Virus record (IMG/VR): IMGVR_UViG_3300037524_000872
Span: 1 to 40,215 of that record
DNA: 40,215 nt
Source of the DNA: a virus
Taxonomy: Duplodnaviria > Caudoviricetes
Reading direction: 5' to 3' (one strand)
Shown: one piece after another, positions 9,320 to 17,541 of the stretch
Position numbering within the stretch: the stretch's first letter is position 1
Layout: every line of letters begins with the position of its first letter
The notes under the pieces: model-generated
Database searches by the model: none
What the model was told of the DNA's origin: nothing
What the model saw: only the letters and a program-made list of their open reading frames with translations
Translations under genes and position numbers: made by a program

Positions 9320-9485
9320 ATTCTTCGAGCAACGCATCCGCCATCGCCAGCGACGCATTCGCAATCAGTCGCGCCGACATGGCCATGACGTTCGCGTTTG
9401 GATTTGCCAACACCGCCTTCGCCAACTCAAGCGCGACCTTTTGCCTCATGGTCAGCCCTGTCGTCCCTCCGCGCTTCTTCTTCAT
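9315..9485 (-). CDS. Small phage hypothetical protein (56 aa)
   Basis: ATG overlaps the TerL stop. GLTMRQKVA...LAMADALL is a pattern common in small phage proteins. Confidence 0.65.
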   Translation of the reverse strand: MKKKRGGTTGLTMRQKVALELAKAVLANPNANVMAMSARLIANASLAMADALLEES

Positions 9486-11464
9486 CAGTAGCTTCCTCCT
9501 CCGATAACTTGCCCCGTCGCCTGGTCGTCCATGTAAATCGGGTCGCTCTGCAGCCACATCCAGAGCACGTCGATCAGGTCCTTGGTGGCTCCCTTGGCGC
9601 CGTCCGCGCCGGTCCAGGTTGAAAGCGCGAAGATCAGGTTGATGCACTCCTCGCTGATCACCAGGTCCGCCATGTTCAGGTATCCGACCGGCCGCTCTTC
9701 GTCATAGTCCAGCGCGTCGTTGATCGCCTGCACGGCATCCGCGAGGCTCTTGCCCGGGGCCGTCTTGAATGTAACGCCAACGTCCGCAAAGTCGGTGATC
9801 AGTGTGCTGGGCCGGTCGTTCTCAATCTTCGGGTTACTCGCGAAGCGCGCGTCTACAATCCGCTCGAAAATCATCTCCCTGGCCTTGCCGTCCTCCGCCA
9901 GTTTGATGATCCAGTCCTCTTCCCGTACATCGCTGCTTCCCTCTCCGCCGCCGCGCCCCTTCTCGTAGCTCTCCCATCCCTCCAGCCTGGCCAGCTCGCG
10001 CTTATAGCGCCAGTAGCCGAATCCGAAGCTGCGCTGCGCCGGCCCGGCTTTCCCGTCCGGATGGTTCGCGTCTCCGGGGATCGCCCAGGGGCCCGGCACG
10101 CCCACCCCGGGGATGTGGTAGTTGCCGGGCCATTCCCGGTACACCACGTGCCGCGGCTTCTCGCTGTCCGGCAGGCGGCTCCCCCAGAGCATGCAGAAAT
10201 TGCGCGCATTCGCCGGGTCCAGGATGTGGTATCGCGTCCCGCGCGCCGCCAGCTCCGCCGCGCGCTCGCGCGAAACCACGTGCACCTTCACATTGAATTT
10301 CGGGAAGCGCGCGCTCAGCAGCTTGTGGCCCAGCCCGTAAAAGCGCTCCCTCACGTGGTCCGCCGGCTTGCCCGCCATCATGTTCCAGACATTCATCGGT
10401 GTGCTGTACGGGTTATCGCTGGAGTGGAAAAACGCCACCGCCCGGATCCCCTTCGGGTCTGCAACCGCTGACGGCCGCATGACGCGCGGCACCAGTTCGA
10501 AGTTCCGGCCCTCCGGCATCTTCGGTTTCGTTTCCCCGCGCAGGATCCGCTCGATCAGGTTCTCCGGCCGGGCCCGCACGCACTGCGGCGCGCGGTTCTC
10601 CTCCTTGGCCAGCTCCATCTCCCGCAGCTCCTCGTCCGATACTCCCAGCGCCTGGTGCACATCCGGCGGCTTCCCGTCCTTCGGCAGCACATACCCCACG
10701 CTGCTCAGCACTGTTTCCGCTCCGTCCTGAAACATCCCCACCGTTTGGGTATACCCGTCCGTCGGCGTGAACGTGATCACCATGCGCCCGCCCTTTTCCG
10801 CGATGCGCAGCTCCAGCGTCTGCACCCAGTCCGGCGGGATTTTCTCGTCCGGCCATACCCAGTTCAGGTTGCCGCCCTCGACGCCTTCGATCTTCATCGT
10901 GTAGTAGAAAAAGCGCAGATTGGCATGGTTCGGGCAGGTAAACTTCCCGTCGGCAAAGCCCGTCTGCTCCTTGTAGCTCATGTACATGACGGACGATTTC
11001 TTCGTTGTCCGCCATTCCGGCGGCAGGTACTTCCAGAGCAGCGGATGTTGCCAGTCGATTGATTGGTCCTCCTTCTCGTGCAGCGCCCAGGCGCGCCAGC
11101 CCGGATTCTCCACAATCTGCCGGACCGTCCGTTTCGCCGCGTACTCCGACTTGCCGCCACGGTTCCCTCCGTTGATCAGCAGCACCTGCACCGGCTTCTT
11201 GAACCCCATCGCCTCGCGCACGCGGCGCGCCATGTCGGCGTCCACCCAGGGGAACCCCAGCAGGCAGTCGCAGACCGTCCACATGGGAGGCTCCCACCCA
11301 TAGCGCAGCGGATCCGTCAGCTCCTTCTGGATCGCCCGCTCGCGCTGCTTGTGCAGCCGGATATAGGCCTCATCCGCCTGACACTTATTAATCTCCGCGT
11401 AGCGCCGCACCTCCGCGATGCCGGGCACCGGAAGCACAGGGTGAGCTGTAGGCACAAACCCCAT
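9485..11464 (-). CDS. terL: Terminase large subunit (659 aa)
   Basis: Walker A GGNRGGKS, Walker B WVWPDE, motif III ITFTP, nuclease ILDPA and KDLID. GGAGGGG RBS before ATG 11464. Confidence 0.9.
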   Translation of the reverse strand: MGFVPTAHPVLPVPGIAEVRRYAEINKCQADEAYIRLHKQRERAIQKELTDPLRYGWEPPMWTVCDCLLGFPWVDADMARRVREAMGFKKPVQVLLINGGNRGGKSEYAAKRTVRQIVENPGWRAWALHEKEDQSIDWQHPLLWKYLPPEWRTTKKSSVMYMSYKEQTGFADGKFTCPNHANLRFFYYTMKIEGVEGGNLNWVWPDEKIPPDWVQTLELRIAEKGGRMVITFTPTDGYTQTVGMFQDGAETVLSSVGYVLPKDGKPPDVHQALGVSDEELREMELAKEENRAPQCVRARPENLIERILRGETKPKMPEGRNFELVPRVMRPSAVADPKGIRAVAFFHSSDNPYSTPMNVWNMMAGKPADHVRERFYGLGHKLLSARFPKFNVKVHVVSRERAAELAARGTRYHILDPANARNFCMLWGSRLPDSEKPRHVVYREWPGNYHIPGVGVPGPWAIPGDANHPDGKAGPAQRSFGFGYWRYKRELARLEGWESYEKGRGGGEGSSDVREEDWIIKLAEDGKAREMIFERIVDARFASNPKIENDRPSTLITDFADVGVTFKTAPGKSLADAVQAINDALDYDEERPVGYLNMADLVISEECINLIFALSTWTGADGAKGATKDLIDVLWMWLQSDPIYMDDQATGQVIGGGSY

Positions 11465-11712
11465 CAGCCCTGCCCCTCCTCCGCGACGCGCGCGCCAGCA
11501 AAGCGAGCACCCGCGCCTGCCTTCAACCCGCAATCAATCGTCCATGTCCCATAGCGCAGCAGTCGGACCGCCTCATCGAATTCGAGCACCTTATCCGCCA
11601 GGCGAGAGAAGTCTTCATCGCGCCCCTCGTTCTTGGCCTGTCGCATCTGGTCCCTAAGAATCCCCAGGTCCAGCTCCAGCGCATGCACCACATTGTGAAA
11701 CGGCTTCGTCAT
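11464..11712 (-). CDS. Hypothetical protein (82 aa)
   Basis: ATGA-coupled to the upstream gene and fills the gap before terL. Confidence 0.6.
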   Translation of the reverse strand: MTKPFHNVVHALELDLGILRDQMRQAKNEGRDEDFSRLADKVLEFDEAVRLLRYGTWTIDCGLKAGAGARFAGARVAEEGQG

Positions 11713-12062
11713 TCTCTCAGCCGCCTGACAGCGGGAAACCGTTTTGCGATCGCGCGAAGAAGCCTTGCCATTCCGCAGCGTTTCCACGGCTTCCCGTCGA
11801 TCGTCACGTCATACTGGTCGCAGCGCACTTCCGACTGCAGACAGACCAGGAAGTGCGTCTTCGGAGGAATCGCCGGATGCCCGCCAAGGTGCCCCTCCAC
11901 GATCCGGATCTGCACAAAGCGCAGATACTCCTTATCGACCGGCCCAGGGCCCGCCGCTAAGCGCTTCCGCTCCTTCGCCGCGTGACAATTCCGCGACCAT
12001 GTACGCGCCTTCTCCTTGCGGAGTCGCCTGTAGGTACTTGAGGCAAACGGCTTTAGCTTCAT
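11709..12062 (-). CDS. Basic hypothetical protein (117 aa)
   Basis: ATG 12062 overlaps TGA 12059, with a GGAAGGGGG RBS. Confidence 0.6.
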   Translation of the reverse strand: MKLKPFASSTYRRLRKEKARTWSRNCHAAKERKRLAAGPGPVDKEYLRFVQIRIVEGHLGGHPAIPPKTHFLVCLQSEVRCDQYDVTIDGKPWKRCGMARLLRAIAKRFPAVRRLRE

Positions 12063-12110
12063 AAAGCAGAACCCCCTTCCGTTCTGTGGTCGGCTAATAG
12101 AGTGTTCGGT
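12042..12110 (+). repeat. Degenerate attC-like site C
   Basis: R' GTTCGGT (12104-12110). Candidate R'' GGCAAAC (12042-12048). Short TTAGC/GCTAA pairing and inner GCAGAAC/GTTCTGT hairpin. Confidence 0.4.
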
Positions 12111-12385
12111 GGATTTGGAAGCGGCATCCAGTGTGTCATTCCGAGATACCGACATCGCTCGATTCCGCAGTTCGGCGGTTCGCCGGTCGCTGGGAAGAAC
12201 GTTGTGACGACTTCGCCATCCCAGCCGATAACCTCTTTGCCAAACGGCAGTGTTTTCTCAACATCGTGCCACGTCCCGAAGGCGGACACCGAACCAGTGC
12301 ATGGAGGCGTACCCGAATGGGCCGCTTCGTCGCTCGTTCCAATGCCCTCTTGATGCACGGCCGGGTCGCTCGTGTTCAGTCTCAT
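12059..12385 (-). CDS. DUF551-like protein (108 aa)
   Basis: WHDVEKTLP...THWMPLPNPP signature. ATGA coupling and GGAGG RBS. Confidence 0.75.
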   Translation of the reverse strand: MRLNTSDPAVHQEGIGTSDEAAHSGTPPCTGSVSAFGTWHDVEKTLPFGKEVIGWDGEVVTTFFPATGEPPNCGIERCRYLGMTHWMPLPNPPNTLLADHRTEGGSAL

Positions 12386-12427
12386 GGTTCCTCCCGCCCA
12401 TTCGGGCCGCTCATGCTTTTGTTCGGC
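12288..12427 (+). repeat. attC-like site B (140 bp)
   Basis: R'' ACCGAAC. Left arm GCATGGAGGCGTACCCGAATGGGC pairs with right arm GCCCATTCGGGCCGCTCATGC, with unpaired extra bases on the left arm. R' GTTCGGC. Confidence 0.72.
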
Positions 12428-12711
12428 GGCTCCGGCAGCGGCATCCAATACGGTGCCTCGGACAGATCGACGCGATCCATGCCGCCATTGTCCACGACCT
12501 CGAAATGCTGCTCCTCGTCGCAGTCGCACAACTGGGCCATGCGAATCTGGCACTGGCCGCTCCCTCCGAATCGGCTCGTGAAGATCAACACGCGATCCCA
12601 ATGCGTTGGCAGTGTCTCGCTCGTATTCCTCCACGCCGTCCCACAGACGCTTGGAGGCAACGGCGAACCCGAAGCGGGTCCACCGTTGCTGTCTTGCATC
12701 GGGTCACTCAT
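12382..12711 (-). CDS. DUF551-like protein (109 aa)
   Basis: WRNTSETLP...YWMPLPEPP signature and ATGA coupling. Confidence 0.75.
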   Translation of the reverse strand: MSDPMQDSNGGPASGSPLPPSVCGTAWRNTSETLPTHWDRVLIFTSRFGGSGQCQIRMAQLCDCDEEQHFEVVDNGGMDRVDLSEAPYWMPLPEPPNKSMSGPNGREEP

Positions 12712-12738
12712 CGCCGTGCCTCAAGCTTTCGGTTAGGC
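12638..12738 (+). repeat. attC-like site A (101 bp)
   Basis: Degenerate R'' GTCCCAC. Left arm GCTTGGAGGCAACGGCGA pairs with TCGCCGTGCCTCAAGC, leaving two extrahelical bases. Canonical R' GTTAGGC. Confidence 0.7.
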
Positions 12739-13028
12739 TTTACAGTTTCCCGCACGCGCACGGCTTTGAATATCCAGCGGGAACAAATGGCGTGTCCCTG
12801 ATATTTTCGGTGCTGCGCTCGGCACCAGTCGCGCGCTGCCTGGCGGGACGTGAACAGTAATAGGCGCGACGGCTCTCCGATGTATGCCGCCGAACGTGGT
12901 TCGTGCCACGACTCACCGATCAGTAAGTTTTTGAGGCTCGCACCCCAGAGCACGCGATCCCATCCTCGCGGCCCAATATTCGCTTGCACGCGACAAGCGG
13001 CCCGCCACGGCTTTGCTGCCTTCGTCAT
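12708..13028 (-). CDS. Hypothetical protein (106 aa)
   Basis: GGAG RBS before ATG 13028. LLFTSRQAARDW motif. Confidence 0.6.
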   Translation of the reverse strand: MTKAAKPWRAACRVQANIGPRGWDRVLWGASLKNLLIGESWHEPRSAAYIGEPSRLLLFTSRQAARDWCRAQHRKYQGHAICSRWIFKAVRVRETVKPNRKLEARR

Positions 13029-13066
13029 TACTTTTCTCCGGTTGCCCGCTCGTGAACCGGTGGGTT

Positions 13067-13360
13067 TCACGGCCAGCACTCCGTCAAAACCCGATACCCG
13101 CCCTCGTTCGCCATTTGCCACTCCATATTGGTCGACACGAAATGGAGCCACCCGGACACGTCAACCCACTGCGCATAAAGCCACGGCGTCCACTCGACGC
13201 GATACCGCTGATCAATCTGACCAAACCACGTGATACGGTGATGGTGCGGCGCAGCAGGAAGCTCGGGCGCGAGCGTTGTCATTCGTCTCGGCCGGTCCTG
13301 CTCCACCGGCGTGGCGCAGCCGGCCAGGATGAACATGACCAGTGCGGACCACCTGCTCAC
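13067..13360 (-). CDS. Putative lipoprotein (97 aa)
   Basis: GTG overlaps the DHH stop. MSRWSALVMFILAG-C lipobox. Confidence 0.55.
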   Translation of the reverse strand: MSRWSALVMFILAGCATPVEQDRPRRMTTLAPELPAAPHHHRITWFGQIDQRYRVEWTPWLYAQWVDVSGWLHFVSTNMEWQMANEGGYRVLTECWP

Positions 13361-14220
13361 GCCGGCACCTCGGGCTCGCGCACCAGGAATTCGCGAGGCA
13401 TTTCCGTGGTGATAAAGCCCGCGGCCCCCTTGTGGCCTCCCCCGCCGCGGGCCTTGCAGATCGCCCCACAGTCCACATCCTCGTTGTCGCTGTACACGCT
13501 CACGCGCCACTGACCGTCGCGCCGCATGTGGAACATGACCATGGCCGCGTGCCGCTCGCGGGCATACACGCTTCGGAACGATTCGCTGTTCCCGTGCCCG
13601 TTCATCGCGATCACGCGCAAACCGCCCAGGCGCGTCTCGAAAGCGTTGTCCGCTTTCTTCGCGTCGCCGTGCCGCTTGTACTTCAAGATCAGTTGGCCAT
13701 TCTCGACAATCCGCTCCACGTCGGGCCGGTGATCCTTAAAAAGCTCCTGCCAGAGCCCTCGGTCCGCCCCGCCGCGCGGATCCAGGTCCAGCACCTTCGC
13801 CCCAAACTGAAAAGGCAGAACCTCCGCGTCGCCGTGGTCCCATACGTCATACCGCCCCAACAGCCGAACCGCTCTCGGCACCGGCAAGTTGGGCATGAAA
13901 TATCCCCACGCCAATTCACACGCCGCCAGTCCGACCGTCCGCACGCCGGGGATAATCAGGCCAGCCCGGGCCGCATCCTCGATCGCCGTTTTGTGGTGGT
14001 CGATCCACGTCAACAGGCACAGCGCCGACAACTGCCCCATCTCGCTCGCGGGCAAGCTCACGTCCACCATCACCACATCCTCGCCCGGCGTGATCGCGGC
14101 CCACGGAAACCTTTTCCCGTAGTCGTATCCGATCATCTCGCACTCCGGGAATGCGTGCTTCACAATCGCCCCGCTGCAGTGCCCGTCCAGATCAGCCTCG
14201 TGATAAAAGCATTTCATCAT
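13357..14220 (-). CDS. DHH/DHHA1-family phosphoesterase
   Basis: YHEADLDG, VMVD, WIDHHKT and GGGGHKGAAGF motifs. Confidence 0.92.
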   Translation of the reverse strand: MMKCFYHEADLDGHCSGAIVKHAFPECEMIGYDYGKRFPWAAITPGEDVVMVDVSLPASEMGQLSALCLLTWIDHHKTAIEDAARAGLIIPGVRTVGLAACELAWGYFMPNLPVPRAVRLLGRYDVWDHGDAEVLPFQFGAKVLDLDPRGGADRGLWQELFKDHRPDVERIVENGQLILKYKRHGDAKKADNAFETRLGGLRVIAMNGHGNSESFRSVYARERHAAMVMFHMRRDGQWRVSVYSDNEDVDCGAICKARGGGGHKGAAGFITTEMPREFLVREPEVPA

Positions 14221-14568
14221 TCACTCCCGCTCAAGTTGATCTTCGGAAGAACTTACTAAGTCTTGAGAATCTTCGCAAGCACTTACTAAGTCCTGCGCCG
14301 CGATCGCCTCGCCGGCCCCATTGACCGTGCGCGCCTTGATGCCGCCGCCGTCCGCTCTCCGCGCGGCGCGCTCCTTCTTCAGTTCGCGCTCCATCTGCGC
14401 CGCCTCCTCCATCGTGCCGGCCAGCCCCACGACAAAATATCCGTCCCCGTCGCCGGCCAGGCACTTCTGCCGGTTCATCGCGATATGCTCGCGTACCGAC
14501 TGTGTCCGGAATGCTCCCTTGGGGTGCCACAACACAAACCAGCTCTCCAGTGTCAGTGCCATCGTCAT
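14221..14568 (-). CDS. Hypothetical protein (115 aa)
   Basis: Coupled to the helicase stop. The C-terminus is encoded by the operator-containing tandem repeat. Confidence 0.65.
   Translation of the reverse strand: MTMALTLESWFVLWHPKGAFRTQSVREHIAMNRQKCLAGDGDGYFVVGLAGTMEEAAQMERELKKERAARRADGGGIKARTVNGAGEAIAAQDLVSACEDSQDLVSSSEDQLERE
14239..14298. promoter_or_regulatory. 30-bp tandem duplication carrying two ACTTACTAAGT operator copies (cores 14252-14260 and 14282-14290)
   Basis: ATCTTCGGAAGAACTTACTAAGTCTTGAGA / ATCTTCGCAAGCACTTACTAAGTCCTGCGC. Confidence 0.7.
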
Positions 14569-15974
14569 CCCTCCGGTCGGTTCGGGTCCTTCTCGTCCAC
14601 GGGCGGATACGCAAATTCGGGGTGGGCCCGGTCGAAACGGAAATAGTGCGGGCGCAGCCAGAACTCCAGCGCCGCCGTCTCGCCGTCCTGGTTCTTCTGC
14701 ACGTCGATCAGCACCGGCCGGCGCTGTTTCGTCTCAAGCTCCAGCTCCTTGTCCACGTTCGTCTTGTAGGCAAACGTCACCGTGGTCGCGTCCTCCTCCA
14801 GGCTGCCGCTCTCCTTCAGGTCGGACAGCCTCGGAACGCGAGGCTTTTTGCCTTCCTTCTCCAACCCGCGTGAAAGCTGCGATAGCAGCAGTCCAGGAAT
14901 ACCAAGCTCCAGCGCCAGCGCCTTCAGCGTCTTCGTGACATACTTCACCTCGCGCCGCAGATCCCATCCCTTCCCCGCCTTCGCAATCTCCGGCAGCGTG
15001 GCGTGGTCCAGCGTGAATGCCTGGATGTCGAAGCGGATCTTCATCGCGCGGATCCATGAGCAGATCGCCCCGATCTCGCGCAGCTCCGTGATGTACATCG
15101 GCCACCCGGCAATCACCTTCTTTGCCTCGGCAATGCGCGCCAGATCCGCCTGCGTCGCATACCCGAATTTCAGCTTTGGCGCCGACACGCCAGCCAGCCT
15201 GCAGGCGTCGCGCATCAGCAGCCGCTTCTTCGTGATGTCCAGGGACGCCCGCGCCACTGGGATCCCGCACTCGCACCAGTACGACGCGATGGACCCCTCC
15301 AGCGATGTCTTGCCGGCGCTCGGCCTGCCGGCGAGCAGGTGCAGCCCGGGCTCAAACCCGCCGATCACGTGGTTGTAGTCGCGCCACGGCGTCTGCAGCC
15401 CGGAAACCGGCACCGGCCTTTTTGAGTAGAAAGCCTCGTGCGCTGCGCGCCAGCTCGTTTCAAGCTCGTCCATGAGCTGCAAATTCGACTTCTCGCGCGT
15501 CACGTCTTCCACCAGGTCGCTGAACGCCTGACCGGCCGTCCGAATCACTGCATCCCCTCGCTCGCACACATACGCCTCGGAAATCAGTTGGCGGGCCTCG
15601 TCGATCACGCGCCGCGCCAGGTATTTCTGGCGCACGATGTCGCAGTAAAATTCGGCGTTCGAGTCCGTTGGGGTCGCATCAATCAGCCGCTCGACATAGG
15701 CGTTTCCGCCCACCTGGTCCAGAATCCCGGCGTCGCGCAGATACTGCGTCGTCAGCAGCAGGTCCACGGGCTTGCCGTTGGCGAACATGTCGACCACGGC
15801 CTGGAACAGTTGCCCGTGTGCCTTCACGTGGAACATCTCGGCTTTCATCCGAAACGTCGCCAGCGCCATAGGGATTACCCTGACGGCATCCAATAGCGCC
15901 GACCCCAGCACCGCGCGCTCAGCCTCCGCGCTGTGCGGTGGCACGCGCTCCACGCTCACCGCGTCCGCTATCAC
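14565..15974 (-). CDS. dnaB: Replicative DNA helicase, DnaB-like
   Basis: PPHSAEAERAVLGS, Walker A AGRPSAGKTS, LLSQLSR, PRLSDLKESGSLEEDA and KNQDG. Confidence 0.95.
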   Translation of the reverse strand: MIADAVSVERVPPHSAEAERAVLGSALLDAVRVIPMALATFRMKAEMFHVKAHGQLFQAVVDMFANGKPVDLLLTTQYLRDAGILDQVGGNAYVERLIDATPTDSNAEFYCDIVRQKYLARRVIDEARQLISEAYVCERGDAVIRTAGQAFSDLVEDVTREKSNLQLMDELETSWRAAHEAFYSKRPVPVSGLQTPWRDYNHVIGGFEPGLHLLAGRPSAGKTSLEGSIASYWCECGIPVARASLDITKKRLLMRDACRLAGVSAPKLKFGYATQADLARIAEAKKVIAGWPMYITELREIGAICSWIRAMKIRFDIQAFTLDHATLPEIAKAGKGWDLRREVKYVTKTLKALALELGIPGLLLSQLSRGLEKEGKKPRVPRLSDLKESGSLEEDATTVTFAYKTNVDKELELETKQRRPVLIDVQKNQDGETAALEFWLRPHYFRFDRAHPEFAYPPVDEKDPNRPEG

Positions 15975-16843
15975 GTCGCCACCTCGCCGCCCATCGGGAC
16001 AAACCGCCTCTCCTTCGCGCCCTCACCCCCGCCGTCTTTTTTTTGCGCCTCCGCCTCCCGGCGCTGCTCAAGCCTGGAAACCACCTTCCTCAACCACGGC
16101 AAAGCCGACCCGACACTGCCGGCCACCCCGGCCAATTCCAGCACCAGCTCGCGGAAATTGTCCTGCGCCTGTATTTGCGCCAGCGGGTACTCCTGCGCCA
16201 CCTTGGCCAGCATCTCGTAGCGAAGCTGGTTCATCTTCCCCGTGGCCTTCAGCGCCCGAAAGGCGTCGCGGTAAGTACCGTTCACCCCCTCGAACTCTTC
16301 CTCCGGTTCCGGATCCTCCGAACCGTCGCGACCCTCGCCCTCGCTCAGAGAGTGGGTCTGGGTATGGGTATGGGTATGGGTATGAGAGGCGGGACTAATC
16401 TCGACAAGAGGCGCCATTTGTCGCGACTCAGTCGCGACTTGTCCCGACTTTTGTTTCCTGCGCGTGCCATGCCCGAGAGCATATTGTAAGCCCTTGTCTG
16501 ACAGATACTTGTCGGCAGCCTCGTCGGAATGATCGTGCCAGTCGTGAATGTACAGGCGGCAAGTGTCGTGACGATCAATCCATCTTGTCGCGACAAGTGC
16601 CTCTATCAGTCGCGACTCCGTCGCGACTTGTCCCGACTTGTCGGGATACATCGACACGAAGTCGCGCCAACCACACTCTTTTTCGATCACGGCATCAGGC
16701 CACTTGCCGATGTCGCCCTGCGGCGCATACCTTGCCGACCAGTGCCAAAGCTTTTCAAGGATCCCCACCGCAACCACGGCCGGGATACCCAGGGCAACGG
16801 CCAACATGAGTGTTTTCGGGTGTTCTGGTGTTCCGCGTTTCAT
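15971..16843 (-). CDS. Phage replication initiator (replisome organiser-like)
   Basis: HPKTLML...GILEKLWHW...IHDWHDH N-terminal domain, HTHTHT linker, internal iterons, upstream of DnaB. Confidence 0.75.
   Translation of the reverse strand: MKRGTPEHPKTLMLAVALGIPAVVAVGILEKLWHWSARYAPQGDIGKWPDAVIEKECGWRDFVSMYPDKSGQVATESRLIEALVATRWIDRHDTCRLYIHDWHDHSDEAADKYLSDKGLQYALGHGTRRKQKSGQVATESRQMAPLVEISPASHTHTHTHTQTHSLSEGEGRDGSEDPEPEEEFEGVNGTYRDAFRALKATGKMNQLRYEMLAKVAQEYPLAQIQAQDNFRELVLELAGVAGSVGSALPWLRKVVSRLEQRREAEAQKKDGGGEGAKERRFVPMGGEVAT
16325..16647. repeat. Iteron cluster / probable replication origin
   Basis: GTCGCGAC at 16325, 16420, 16431, 16587, 16609 and 16620, with variants at 16441, 16565, 16630 and 16640. 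A 31-bp block is duplicated at 16420-16450 and 16609-16639. Confidence 0.7.
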
Positions 16844-16875
16844 AATATGCCCGCTTATGCCCGCCTTTCTTTTTG

Positions 16876-17286
16876 TTACCAGCGCCCATACCCACGCGGG
16901 CAGCGCCTCGCCAACTCGTACACCCCCGCCGTCTCCGTCTCGCGTACAGGGATCGCCATACCCGCGATGAAATTCACTGACGTACTGACACGGACCAGCA
17001 CCTTTTTTCCGTCCAGGGAGGCTTCCAGCACGCGCGGATTGGGAAATTTTCGCAGCACGCGCGCCTCGACCTGGGCCGGGGTCTTTTTTTCAAATTTAGA
17101 CGGCTCACCGGCCAGCCCCGACACTTCCAGCAGTCGCTGGATACCCGCGGCGCTGTAGAGCACCTTCACCCCTTGGTGCACCCAGTCAACGCCCTCCTTG
17201 AGGACGTTCTTTCTGGCCTCCGCCAGCACCGGCTGCGCAACATTCATTTGCTTCGCGACCTCTCGCTCCTCATGGTCAAAGCTCAC
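16876..17286 (-). CDS. Hypothetical protein, possible N-terminal DNA-binding domain (136 aa)
   Basis: GTG 17286 with AAGGGGG RBS. LKEGVDW...VLYSAAGIQRL. Confidence 0.65.
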   Translation of the reverse strand: MSFDHEEREVAKQMNVAQPVLAEARKNVLKEGVDWVHQGVKVLYSAAGIQRLLEVSGLAGEPSKFEKKTPAQVEARVLRKFPNPRVLEASLDGKKVLVRVSTSVNFIAGMAIPVRETETAGVYELARRCPRGYGRW

Positions 17287-17541
17287 AAGACCCCCTTTTG
17301 CTACAAATCGTTCGGGCCCGTACTCATTGATGACCGCCGCCCCCAGCGCGCAAACGCGACCCCCCCCGCCCCCCTTTGCGGCCGCGCGCGCCCGATCCGC
17401 ACGACCTGACCGCGCCCGTGTCCGCCAGCCGCACGCCCAGGCCCGAAGCCCTTTTCCTTCCGGCAAGCGTCGCCAACATGTAGCACCGTGCCTGTATCCA
17501 CCTGAAAACATTGGTTAATGTCGGAATACGCACAAGACGCC

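Noticed and set aside
11694-11747. Possible fourth attC (GTGAAAC...GTTTTGC) around the ATGA at 11709-11712
   Set aside because: Only short AAACGG/CCGTTT and GTCA/TGAC pairings, with no proper L boxes or spacers.
12990-13080. Expected attC at the start of the 106-aa gene
   Set aside because: Short inverted repeats are present, but there is no R''/R' pair and no GCCTAAC-like box.
14239-14298. Tandem repeat as a mini-CRISPR array
   Set aside because: Two adjacent 30-bp copies with no spacer and no cas genes. Better explained as duplicated operators.
16353-16385. (TGGGTA)n microsatellite as a phase-variation tract
   Set aside because: In-frame hexamer encoding the His-Thr linker common in phage initiators.
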